Source: Octopus sinensis
Taxonomy: Eukaryota
DNA length: 64,000 nucleotides
Direction: 5' to 3'
Assembly: GCF_006345805.1 (NCBI RefSeq)
Contig: NC_043000.1
Coordinates: 94,798,001 to 94,862,000, forward strand
A program made the translations under genes and the position numbers. Shown piece after piece: positions 52,480 through 64,000 of this stretch. Under the pieces are notes generated by a model. It made no database searches, was not told the DNA's origin, and was given only the letters and a program-made list of their open reading frames with translations. Numbering within the stretch: position 1 is the stretch's first letter; the number at the start of each line of letters is the position of its first letter.

Positions 52480-52480
<1 letters not shown>
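51217..52480 (+). mobile_element. CR1-clade LINE, 5'-truncated, RT frame uninterrupted
   Basis: QHGFVPKRSCLTNLL..DFAKAFDSV..GVPQGSVLGPLLF..LFADDIKL..LERVQKLATR..WNKLP; stop at 52401; short 3' UTR; (CA)n on both sides. Confidence 0.93.
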
Positions 52481-52513
<33 letters not shown>

Positions 52514-52593
52514 TTTTTAATTTATTTATCTAGTTTTAGCTCACGAGCTGAGGCCATGCTGGAGCACCGCCATATATATATATATATATATAT

Positions 52594-52758
52594 ACGACGA
52601 GCTTCTTTCAATTTCCCTCTACCAAATTCGCTCACAAGGCTTTGGTCGGCCGGATGGCTAGAGTAGAAGACACTTGCCCAAGGTGCCACGCAGTGGGACT
52701 GAACCTGGAACCATGTTGTTGGTAAGCAAGCTACTTACCACACACCCACTCCTGCGCC
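52594..52758 (-). mobile_element. SINE family 1 head half
   Basis: Matches 29685-29848. Confidence 0.8.
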
Positions 52759-52879
52759 TGTGAATATATACATATACATATATATATATGTATAATTTAT
52801 TGAGGTGAGTATTCGCAATTTACAACCGAGAGGAAACAAGTATAGTCGTCACTAAAGTGACGGAGGGTGCTAGTCACTA

Positions 52880-53287
52880 TTCTCTTTACTCTTTTTACTC
52901 TTTTACTTGTTTCAGTCATTTGACTGCGGCCATGCTGGAGCACCGCCTTTTAGTCGAGCAAATCGACCCCGGGACTTATTCTTTGTAAGCCCAGTACTTA
53001 TTCTATCGGTTTCTTTTGCCGAACGGCAAAGTGACGGGGACGTAAACACACCAGCATCGGTTGTCAAGCAATGCTAGGGGGACAAACACATACACACACA
53101 CACATATATATATATACATATATACGACAGGCTTCTTTCAGTTTCCGTCTACCAAATCCACTCACAAGGCATTGGTCGGCCCGGGGCTATAGCAGAATAC
53201 ACTTGCCCAAGATGCCACGCAGTGGGACTGAACCCGGAACCATGTGGTTGGTTAGCTAGCTACTTACCACACAGCCACTCCTGCGCC
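52880..53287 (-). mobile_element. SINE family 1, full length
   Basis: Same architecture as 29452-29848. Confidence 0.87.
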
Positions 53288-53519
53288 TTTATTGTTAGAA
53301 ATAAAACTCAAAACAACTCTTAGCCACGTATGAGCAATTTTCTGACGACTGACAAGGGAGACAAGTGAGATGGAGTTGTATTATCACTGATTACAAATTT
53401 GATTAACCTTCATCACTGACCCATTACGCCATCATCGAGGTTTAAAGAACTTAACTCACATTGTCAGATTTACAGAGTACACCATAGGAAACATTGACTG
53501 ATTCCGAAAATGGTTATAT

Positions 53520-53523
53520 ATAT

Positions 53524-53614
<91 letters not shown>

Positions 53615-53615
53615 T
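53520..53615. repeat. (GATA)n microsatellite
   Basis: Directly visible. Confidence 0.95.
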
Positions 53616-53669
53616 AGATATTGATATTGCTATTGATATTCCTAGTATACTTTTCTACAAGGCCCGAAG

Positions 53670-54093
53670 CGGATCTTTTCGGTTTGAACGGCAGATTTTA
53701 AAATAATTTCTAGGTAACTAAAAAATGTTAAACTTTGTATACTGGTAGAATGTGTTTATAAAACATATTTTTCTCTTGGCTTTATTGAGAAAATTCTATA
53801 GTTTGTAAGATATTTGTTGTTTTTTTCTTCAATTTCTGCAGTTGCAATTAATCACTGACGTCCATTGAGGTAAACAACATTCTGTGCCGTATGAATATGT
53901 CCCTCGTTTAAGAAACAGATTGGGTTTATTTACATTTGTGAAGAAAAAAAGATACCCTTCTCCCCACCCTTAATTCTAACCCTAACCCTAAAATAGATTG
54001 AAATGCAATAGATCGATACTAGGGTCATAATTGTGGGTGACAATTTCATATGACACCGCGAGAAAAAGCTGCCGTTCAAACCGAAGAGGTCCC
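53670..54093. mobile_element. MITE with ~25-bp TIRs
   Basis: CGGATCTTTTCGGTTTGAACGGCAG / CTGCCGTTCAAACCGAAGAGGTCCC. Confidence 0.8.
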
Positions 54094-54423
54094 AGTGCGC
54101 AACTGCTACTTAATTTATCGACCCCGAAAGGATGAAAGGTAAAGTGGACCTCGGCGGAATTTGAACTCAGAACGTAAAGACAGACGAAATACCTATTTCT
54201 TTACTACCCATAAGGGGCTAAACACAGAGGGGACAAACAAGGACAGACAAACGGATTAAGTCGATTATATCGACCCCAGTGCGTAACTGGCACTTAATTT
54301 ATCGACCGCGAAACGATGAAAGGCAAAGTCGACCTCGGCGGAATTTGAACTCAGAACGTAACGGCAGACGAAATACGGTTACGTATTTCGCCCGGCGTGC
54401 TAACGTTTCTGCCAGCTCGCCGC
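54094..54423 (-). mobile_element. SINE family 2 (interrupted by the MITE; tail remnant at 53651-53669)
   Basis: Matches 45808-46198. Confidence 0.85.
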
Positions 54424-55289
54424 CTTAATGAGTTTCCTAGTATAACTCTAGTCGAAATAGACTAACCTGGAAATAAAGTCTAACAGCTCCCTGTTTTTAC
54501 GAGACAAATCCACCTTCAGCAGGTGTTGAACAGACCATGTATGAATAACTGTAGTTGCTTTTTCCGATACAATTACTCCTACCAGTACTTGTTCTGATCT
54601 ACCTTCGGTTATCTTTATTACTAGGTACATGTATATCAGTATAGTTTACCGAAACTCAAAATAATTGGATGGGGCGGTAAAATTTATTAAAATCTTTTAA
54701 CATTTTATTTTCAGTCTGTCTTAATAAAATTGTTCGTTTTATTGCTCATTTCAAACCCTATATTTAACTCGCTTGCTCTCTTCTTTTTTTTGTTATTGCT
54801 TTTAGCTCTCTTTTATTGCGAAAACTTCCTTACCATTTAATTTTTCCAATTTTTCAAAGCTTACATCCACTCCTACCCGCCAGTAAGACACACAATGTCA
54901 TCCGCTGGTGGAGATACTGTGTTTGAAAATATCACTTTCTTGTCTGTATCGTACGATACACAATCGGCGCTTCTAAAAAGAAAAACAAATGTAAGTTTGT
55001 TTCTAAACACAAGTGGTTGTTACATACAACAGATGTAACAAAGAAAACAAAGTAAAACTGTTCACATATACCGTGCAGAAGGCAAACGAAACATCTTTCA
55101 CATTTTACTGTTTTATGACATAAGGTATTTATTGTAAATTTTATTAAGTTATCAATATTTATTAGTTTCGATCTTCCTTATATATATCTAAAATTTATTG
55201 CGATGTTTTTCGTTTCACACTTTTATATGTTTCGATGTTTCTTTAAAAGTTAGAGCACTACACGTTCAACAATGTAATCCTATAACTAA

Positions 55290-55321
<32 letters not shown>

Positions 55322-57360
55322 ATGGGCGTATGCATATGTGTGTATATGTGGGTGTATGCGTATATGTATGCATACATACACATTTTTGTATGAATGTGTA
55401 TATATGTATACACATACATATGTACATATATTTGTGCGTATATATTTATATGTATATATTTATATATAAGTATATATATATGCATATATATAAATATTGA
55501 TGTGTGTGTGTGTCTTTATGTGTATTATTGAAGCTGGCATCTCATATCTAGTTATTCGAATTTTACGATTCCGATCATCAGACTGTTTTTCTTATTTTTT
55601 TTTCTTTTTGTCATTTCCTTCATTAGCTATTTGATGCTCGCATTTATTTCTGAGAGCGCGTACTGCTAACGAGTTTCCTTTGAAGTTATCCCTAGCATTG
55701 TTCGTGTCATGTTGGTTATTCAGAGAATGTATCATAATTTTTATTTGTCTTTTAGGATACATCAAGTATTGTTTTAGTCGAATGTATTTATTCTTTTTGC
55801 AAGATCGATGTCTAGAGCATAGCTAAGTTATACGACTATTACTTTTGTTTCCTGGTGAAAGCTACTCTATCATGAAATTCTAACAATTTCGGAGTTTTCT
55901 GATGTACTTATATTTCATTCACATCTATGTTTCTGTATATTTTGTAGATATTATTCGATAGATGGGCAATAGAAGTATAAGACTGTATAGAACGTCGTCG
56001 GTAAAACATCTTGTTGAATTTAGTTACCTGCTTTAAAATGGTGTTCAAGATAATTATACTTCTCGAGTCGATACATTAACTACCAAGCTAGAACAAGGTA
56101 AAAGTTATCCAAGACAATTCTCCTCAAAGCTGTGATGCATGGAACCTATATTAAAAATCAATGTTATTCATTAACGTTTTATTTCCATACCTTATTCAAA
56201 TATATCTGTATAAGTTGTTGACGTCATAAATATGTTGAAACTTTGGGAGAGCGTGAAAAATTTCAAGAAACAAAACCATTTCATATTCTCTTGCGCCTCC
56301 AACATCATTTAACCAAAGGGTTTTTAACCCAATATTTATTCGCTATTTTAAAAATCGTATCTGCTTCAAGTTTCACCGTTCCAAAATAATATTATATTGT
56401 ACGTATTTTATCAGCAAATATGTATACTTTTATATTTTCACCTATTGCCGAAAAATTTATTACTTCGCTTGTCGACTTCGAAACTTTCAAGCGCCTTCTA
56501 TGAGGAGGTATTTCCGTTATTACAACTAGCAGGAAAACCGCCCCCGGGCGATTCTCTGCTAAACACTTGATAATATTTTCACATTTGATTCCCAATTCTA
56601 ATAATTTTATAATATTTTGCGTCTAATTATGTTTTTGTATAATTATGTTCACTTGCTTAATAAATATTGCATTCATTATTTTATCACAGTCATAATCTCT
56701 CTTTTTTAAACAAGCATCAAGGTAGTCCAGCTACGGACAGGGAAGCAGTTTGTCAAGTTTTTACCTTGCCCATCCCATCTGTAAGTTTTGTAGTGTGTGT
56801 GAGAGAAAGAGGGGGAGAGAACATTGGAAGCAATGAATGAAATGAACATGAAATAAAAAAATTGCATAAATAAAAGGGCATAACTACAGATATATACGCC
56901 CCCGAATTTGTTGCCTCATGACATCAAGAAATTTTCTATAAATAACGCTTAGAAGTTGTGGCTTCAGCGTATATAGGGATTTACGAAAAACATTTTGCCG
57001 AGAAGGTGGAGAGAGGATTTTCGGAAAATTCACATGATCTGAATTCTTCCCTCATAACTTTCAGGAAAATGAATGTCTTTCAAAGAAAGTTTATAAAAAT
57101 ACCTTTTAAACGGCATAGATTACGGTTACAAAAAATTTGTGGGGGAAATTTTTTTCCGAGATGTGAAGAGGAGTTTCGGTAAAACGGAGTTTCGGATCAG
57201 GAAGACCAAATAAATTAGAATTTCTGTGTTTTGACGGGAATTTTTCCCACTTTTTTATACCACAGCCTTCGCAATTATGGGTGGGGGTGGGTCATCTTTG
57301 TATGAAACAAAGTTGTGAAAATATTTTTACAACCGTCCCCTCCCTCATCAGCCCACTTAA

Positions 57361-58040
57361 AAACCATGGGGAAGCCTTTTCTGTGAAAAAAATTTCAAAA
57401 TTGTTAATATTTTAAGACGGAAAGGTGAGTGTTTTGGCTGTTGTTTCTAGCACATCCCAAGACAACCGTGCTTGTTTCTTGATCACTTTCACATGTATTA
57501 ATATTTTTCAATATTTTTCTCGCCATAAATAATACATTTATATGCTATAAAAAATAAAATTTGAAAAATTATGATTTTTTTGCAAACTCACTCTCTACCT
57601 CCGATTGTTTCTGTGTATAATTTAAAATATTGAAGAGCCTGAGAGGGTAATTGCTGCCATTTATCCACAATGATTTATAACAAAGAGTTGCGCTAACGAT
57701 AATTCATTTTAAGAGCATACTTTTCTGTTAGAAAATGTTTGTTCATACACACACACACGGCTTCACTTGATTGAGGTGGGGGTAAAAATTTAGACTACAA
57801 TTTCTTTCGGTTTCCTATATACCACAAATGGACTACGCATACTTTGGCATCATCATTTCGTAAAATGTGTTTAATGGGAGAAAAAATATTGAAAAAAAAC
57901 AGTTCATGTGAAAGGGAAAACGGAGGGTGGTTTGGGTTGTGCTAGAAACAACAACCAAACCTCCCCTGAAGTGTTCACCTTTTCCTCTGAAAATATTTAC
58001 AATTTCTCTTTTTTACCAAAAAGTCTCCTCCAATGGTTTT
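57361..58040. repeat. Diverged inverted repeat (arms ~57361-57545 and ~57850-58040)
   Basis: AAGGTGA..GGCTGTTGTTTCTAGCACATCCCAA..CTTTCACATG pairs with CATGTGAAAG..TTGGGTTGTGCTAGAAACAACAACC..TCACCTT. Confidence 0.65.
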
Positions 58041-59207
58041 GAATTTTAAAATAATGGTCAAAATCGGCCCGGGTAGTTATTATTGTAAGGCTTATCGCGT
58101 TCCAAATTAACCATAACAACAAAATCACGTCTTCATTTTTTTAATAAAATTTATACTGGTATATAAAAAAAATTTCATTCAATAAATAATGTTTTACATT
58201 ACGTATATAGAATAAACTGTGGGCTTTGTAAGTAGCAAATTAAAACTTGAAATGAAAACACTGAAATAGAGAATGAGAGACTTTGCAAATGAAAACGGAA
58301 TACTCCGCAGTGAATGCAAATAATATTTAAATTTGTGAAAAATTGGAGTGCAAAAATTCAATAAACGTCAGAAATCGAAATCATAGGTAATTTCTTGGAA
58401 CATGAATTTATAAATAAATTTCCAGGTGGTTAAGACTTTAACAATTGCTTTACATACTTAATCAATAAGCAGCTTTATCCATTATATTATTATAAGGGTA
58501 GATATATCTGTTGTTGGTATATTGGTATCTTGTTTGTCATGAAAGTATGATTTCATTCTCTTTACGGTATTTTCTCCTTTTGAATAAGTCATTTCGTACA
58601 TTGCTTTTCTTAGAGGTTACTAGTATACGCTTTCTTGGTTGTTCGAATATGTTATTCCTGGTTAACCACGCTAATCTATAGAGACTCTGAATGCTGTGCT
58701 TGTAATTTAACACGCATTTGTGTAAGAAGGTTATATTGCGTGTCTGATATATTTATGTGCTTCGACATTTCTCTTGTAACATAGCATCTTATATAAAGAA
58801 ATATTTAAAACTTCACTTATTTGCGCTGATAAAACTTTCGACTATGACCGCAGTTCTGAGATATTATCTGTTCTTCACAATCTTCTTCAACTGCCCCAAA
58901 AGGTGAGAGGGAATAAAAACAACGAATATCTTTGTAAGTTGAATTGGTGAGAAATTTGCTCTCTTTAATGTAGTTAAAACATTATCTAAGAAATTTCAAA
59001 TCGATTGTACTCAACGATATTTAACGACTAGTATTCGTTTCTTTTGTTCATGTATATTTTTAATTTGTGAAGCATTGCCAAGAAACCTATTACAAAGAGA
59101 TTTAAATCTAATTTCGGGAAAACTTTTCATTGGGTCTATATCAAAATTTGTTTTGTATTTTCTGCACGATTTTAATCAGAAGAAATCATTGCTATTTTGA
59201 ACAGAAT

Positions 59208-59340
59208 CTACTACTACTACTACTACTACTACTACTAATACTACCACCACCACCACCACCACCATCACCACTACTACTACAACTACTACTACTACCGCAA
59301 CCACTAATACAAGTAGTAGTAGTAGTAGTAGTAGTAGTAG
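59208..59340. repeat. Compound (CTA)n/(CCA)n/(GTA)n trinucleotide array
   Basis: Directly visible. Confidence 0.9.
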
Positions 59341-59780
59341 AACCACGAATGAGCGTTAAATTCCTTTCCATCACGTGTGTATCTACGGCTTCTCTTCAAT
59401 TAAATTCGAAGTGCAGTCCAAGATATCCAAAAAATGAGTCGATCACAACTAGTTTGGCATTCTAGTAGAACTCTACTCGAATGGGACTAACTAATGGGAA
59501 CTAACAGCTCGGTATTTATACGAAACAGAGAAAACACAAAACCGAATAAACGTTAGCCTCACGCTGATCCCAGGTAGCCATCTACTTTTGATTTGAGACT
59601 ATTTTGTTCTTTATTAATTACATATGTAATTTGCTTAAGGTTATGAAGATGGCAAAATGATCGGAATAATAACATTTTGAATGAACAATAAATAAATAAA
59701 CAATTTTTGCATTAACGATATGTTATGAACATGCCAATATATGAACGAAAATGCTGTTAGGAAACTTTAGGTAGAACATA

Positions 59781-60072
59781 AAGGCACCCTTTTCAAGCCT
59801 AGCCAGGCTCATGGGCCCGGTTTCCCAGTCTCTGTGGCGCATGCGTTCCCCCTAGCTGGACCGGACGCCAGTCCATCGCAGCGTTACTCAAGAAACAGGA
59901 AGAGAGAGTGAGAGAAAGTTGTGGCGAAAGAGTACAACAGGTGTCGCCACTACCCCCTGCCGGAGTCTCGTAGAGCTTTTGGATGTTTTCACTCAATAAA
60001 AACACACAACGCCCGGTCAGGGAATCGAAACCGCGAGTCCGCTGCCCTAACCACTGGACCATTTCGCCTCCA
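59781..60072 (-). mobile_element. SINE with family 3 head and a different 3' domain
   Basis: Minus strand GGAGGCGAAATGGTCCAGTGGTTAGGG..; 3' part GCTGCGATGGACTGGCGTCCGGTCCAG..GAAACCGGG. Confidence 0.78.
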
Positions 60073-61463
60073 GGTAGAACATAGCGCCAGTATTATTCTA
60101 TAAAAACTTCCATGAGAGATTTCGATAAGTATTTATATCTTTGTAACAAATGAAATATGCTTGTATGTATATTGGAGAATGTTTATGTATGAGTGGCCGT
60201 GTGGAACTCGTTCTTTTTATTCGCAAAATATGCATTTTTTAAAAGACAGGAAAAAATCTGAAAATTGGCTATAATAATATAGTTTTCCAGTCTAATTTCA
60301 ACGAAGGTACGATATGGTGGAAAAAAACGTTGGAGGAAAAGGTTGCAGAGATTTAAAAATCGAAACAACTATATTTTTAGCAAATAGCGAGACAAAAATT
60401 TTCTGCGTTTAGCGGAGCAGTGTCAACTTTAAGGTTGTATCCTGTGAAATTTATAGTTCAAAGTCTGTGAAATTACCTCTTAGTTGTAGGTTTCTACATA
60501 AACAGAAATACCTAATAAATAAAATCAGCTTCTTTTATCTTACTGTTTCTTTTGTCTCTTCATTGATTGTATGTTTTTATTATTTTTTAAACATGTTATA
60601 TTAACATATTTGTCTGCATATGTTTACTTTATGCGTATATCAGTATTATGTATACCTGTCATCTCTTTGCGTACAACATTAATATATAAGTGCATGTGTA
60701 TGTGTGTGTGGAAAGGAGGTGTCTGTCTCTAAATCTTCAAAGTTGAGTAACGTTTTCATGCTTGGATTTGTAAACTACGATAAGAATAACACCGGTCACC
60801 AAAAAGTTTGTTCCAAGAAAAAGAATACCTGTATCTTATATGTTTTTTCATGCAGAATTAAAAAATAATGTCAAATTATCTGTACTAATTTCACATATTC
60901 TATTCATCTTCATAATGCCAAGAAATTGAATCAACATCGCAAACAATTTTCTCTATATATGAAAAATATGTAAAGTATTAAGACAAATGATGAAAAATAG
61001 CTATAGTAAAATTCTAATTGATAAATATAAATTTTTTATTAAAGAAAAATACTCGGATGAAGTGAATCTCGTGGTGTGAAGAATCAACACAACAATCGAG
61101 TGAAACACAAAACAACGTGCGGTTGTCATGGCAACAAGCTGTTAATACTTTTGAAGCAGGAATTTTACGACTAGCTTCATCTTTTTAAGTTATTTTTGAG
61201 CTTTGCTTTTGTTTTCAGAATATAACTTGAAGCAACTTTTACAGATCAATTTTTAGACACTATTTTCTGAACATTGCAAAGGTATATGTAGGTAGTGCAA
61301 ATATTTCATTTTCCAACACATAAAAATTCTAGCTGGTGCAAATGCACCCCCTGCATCCCCTGTTCCCGGGCCCTTGTCTGTGTATGTATATATGTTTATA
61401 ATGAACATAGATGTATGATCGTATATAAGTAAGCACACACACACATATGTATCAATATATATA

Positions 61464-61498
<35 letters not shown>

Positions 61499-61819
61499 AA
61501 AGAGATAGCAAGGGAATAAATGATTATCTTATTCACTTCACTAGCTTACAGCTGTTTCCGCTATTGGTTAAGGTGAACCATCAACATCAAGAACAATTTG
61601 CAAGTGAATTCAACTTTGAGTCCGCCGCATTTTATAATGGAAACACTTATAAGTTATTGAAATTCATGAGTTAATCACTTATTTCTTTCTCATCTCTTTT
61701 CCTATTAAGACTGTACTCAACTAACGCTTCGTTCGGAATCGTACGTACATTGAGTTCAACGCCAAGTTATGCCTAAGTGAAATCTATATATATATATATA
61801 TATATATATATAGATATAG

Positions 61820-61850
<31 letters not shown>

Positions 61851-62530
61851 CATATATAAATATATATACATACATATATATACATATATATACTTACATA
61901 CATATCTCTCTATATATATGTATATATGTTTGTGTGTGTGTATATGTATAAATGTATGCATGTGATTTCTAGCGGTATTTATGGTTGGTGTCGATTAACA
62001 TTTTGAGTATTGTATTATCGACTATTCTCTAGATGTTCCCTTTCTCAATGACATGCAAAATATCAGTCGGTTGTTGGTATTACTATTATATAATTATAAA
62101 CAGCAAAACATAAGTTTGTTGGAGAAAATGTCTACATGTTTGAACGGCACACATTGAACGTACCATCCGAATTATTTAGTTCTTGTAAACAGGTCGTTAA
62201 TTATTTTCAATTTATTTATGTCGGGTTTCTACTAATAATCCTTAACCTAGTACTTTGATTCCTTATTTAATGTCAAATCAACACTTCCTTCTCAAATAAA
62301 CAAGTCCTTTTTTCATCAAGTAGCTGTTGGTACTAATTTTTACTCGTAGCATATCCTTATGTAAGTTCTGGTTGAAGAGGACTTAACAACTGATCTTGTA
62401 AGCCATGACGCTTTCGACATTTTTTAAAGCATATTGCATGAAATACCACACTAGGCAATGGGTCATTACACATTTAAGGCGGCTGAGTTTCAGTTGAGAG
62501 AGAGAGAGTGAGGGCGAGAGAAAGAGTCAA

Positions 62531-63047
62531 TACCGTAAATCCTCGAGTATAGTCCGTCCTTGAGTATAATACGCAGGGGATTTTTAATGGGCTGTACCTC
62601 TGAAAAACCTAAACCTTGTGTATAATACGCACCCCTTCTCTAACTTGAGACAAGGAGGTCCATATAACGTCCTTGGTTTGTAAAACATTATACGTTAACA
62701 TCCTTTATTATTATTGTATATATAACATAATGCAAACGTGTAGCTTTTTTGTGCATTTTGTTTGCAGAAAATAAAGAAATAACAGTAATAACGTTTAATA
62801 AATGTTGCTTACTGCATGTTATGGATGATTCTTTTACGACTTCATTGCGTTCTGGCTTAGCTTAAGGTATTTTCGCGCTCGACATCACAAAATGTGTCTG
62901 AATAAAAACTTTTGGACAGTAAATAGAGACTCGGACATTGCTGAGAAAAAAATTTTTATTTTTAACCTTGTATATAGTACGTACCAGGGATTTTGACCTT
63001 TAAATTTCGGGGAAAAAAACGCGGATTATACTCGAGGATTTATGGTA
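62531..63047. mobile_element. Tc1/mariner-superfamily-like MITE, TA-bounded
   Basis: TACCGTAAATCCTCGAGTATAGTCCG / CGGATTATACTCGAGGATTTATGGTA. Confidence 0.85.
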
Positions 63048-64000
63048 CTATTAGCGCATCTACCTATCAAATGAAGTCTGCTTCAGTATAACATCCCAAA
63101 AGTAAATGCGTCAATTTGATCTACCAAGTAGAATTCCCTTTTCCGTGTAGTTTGCTGCGCACCTACTGAAGCATAAAACGGATATGATCCTCAAAAGTTG
63201 AAATTTTTGTCAATAAACATAATACAGTGTCGATGATAGAATGCGAACCATTAAAATTTTGGCTATTTTTCTAATACACTAGCTTATGTATCACTTTTAC
63301 GTTTCTGTGATGAAATATGATTTTGTAATGTTTATTAAATTTTGATAGCAATAACAGGAATGAAACATTTACAATTGAGGACATATGTGTCCTGTTTAAT
63401 AAGTGCACATATGTGTTTGCCAATTATGTGTGTTCTTAGTTTATATGTGTTTCGTATGTGTTTGTCGTTGTTTGTGTGAGTTTAACTGTGCTCACATATG
63501 CGTATAGTGGAAGGGAAAAAAACCGAACATTGATTTTGCTTAATTAAACTCGATATTAATTGCGACTGTTTTTAGTACTTTTTTTTCCTATTTATGTTCT
63601 TGAGAGTGTTTCCAGATATGTTCGACGCTCAAGACAACAACTTATACAATAAAATAATAAATTATACGATAAAATATTAAATTATATAATAAAGCAATCT
63701 TCAAAACGAAAACAATGGAAATGAATTCACACATAAAATTCGTCTGAACGAAGGATTTTGCAGTTAATTTTTGTATTAATCAATACAAGTACATCCCCCT
63801 CTTAGAATGAGAGAAACATTACAAAATTTCTTATTGTTAAAAATGAAGCAGCTGAAATCTATAACAATATGATTCAGTAAATTTTATCTAAAAAATTATT
63901 TAAATTTAGAATTAAAGCACACATGATGTGCATATGATTCAAAATTAGCTGCTCATTTGTTTTAGTAAAATAAAGACAGTCTAGCATGTAAAATTTACCA

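Noticed and set aside
53977-53992. Interstitial telomere
   Set aside because: Only two to three CCCTAA units, located inside a MITE.
54879-54990. Exon-like segment open on both strands with plausible splice sites
   Set aside because: Strand cannot be decided and no family is recognised.
1112-62000. Dozens of ORF-track entries rich in YI, CV, HT or MYVC repeats
   Set aside because: They are translations of (TA)n, (CA)n, (TATG)n and similar microsatellites that lack stop codons.

Overview
AT-rich, microsatellite-dense eukaryotic DNA; the SINE families and simple-repeat load suggest an octopus-like cephalopod (inference, not verified). No intact host gene could be assembled. The window is mostly mobile DNA: mariner remnants and MITEs, two Ty3/Gypsy relics, RTE, R4/Dong-like and CR1 LINE pieces, Helitron-type elements, several tRNA-derived SINE families, Penelope-like element (PLE) relics and a possible decayed LRR gene. 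The standout is a ~2.66-kb near-perfect palindrome (13612-16272). Each ~1.32-kb arm carries an outward-facing GIY-YIG endonuclease frame with catalytic-type residues present but no reverse transcriptase, then a long 3' region ending in a type I hammerhead ribozyme with a self-complementary (dimer-type) helix III. The 17-nt centre shows a double snap-back signature, so the element looks like a complete hairpin cDNA of an RT-less or 5'-truncated PLE integrated as one unit. All alignments and translations were done by eye; coordinates of decayed elements are approximate.
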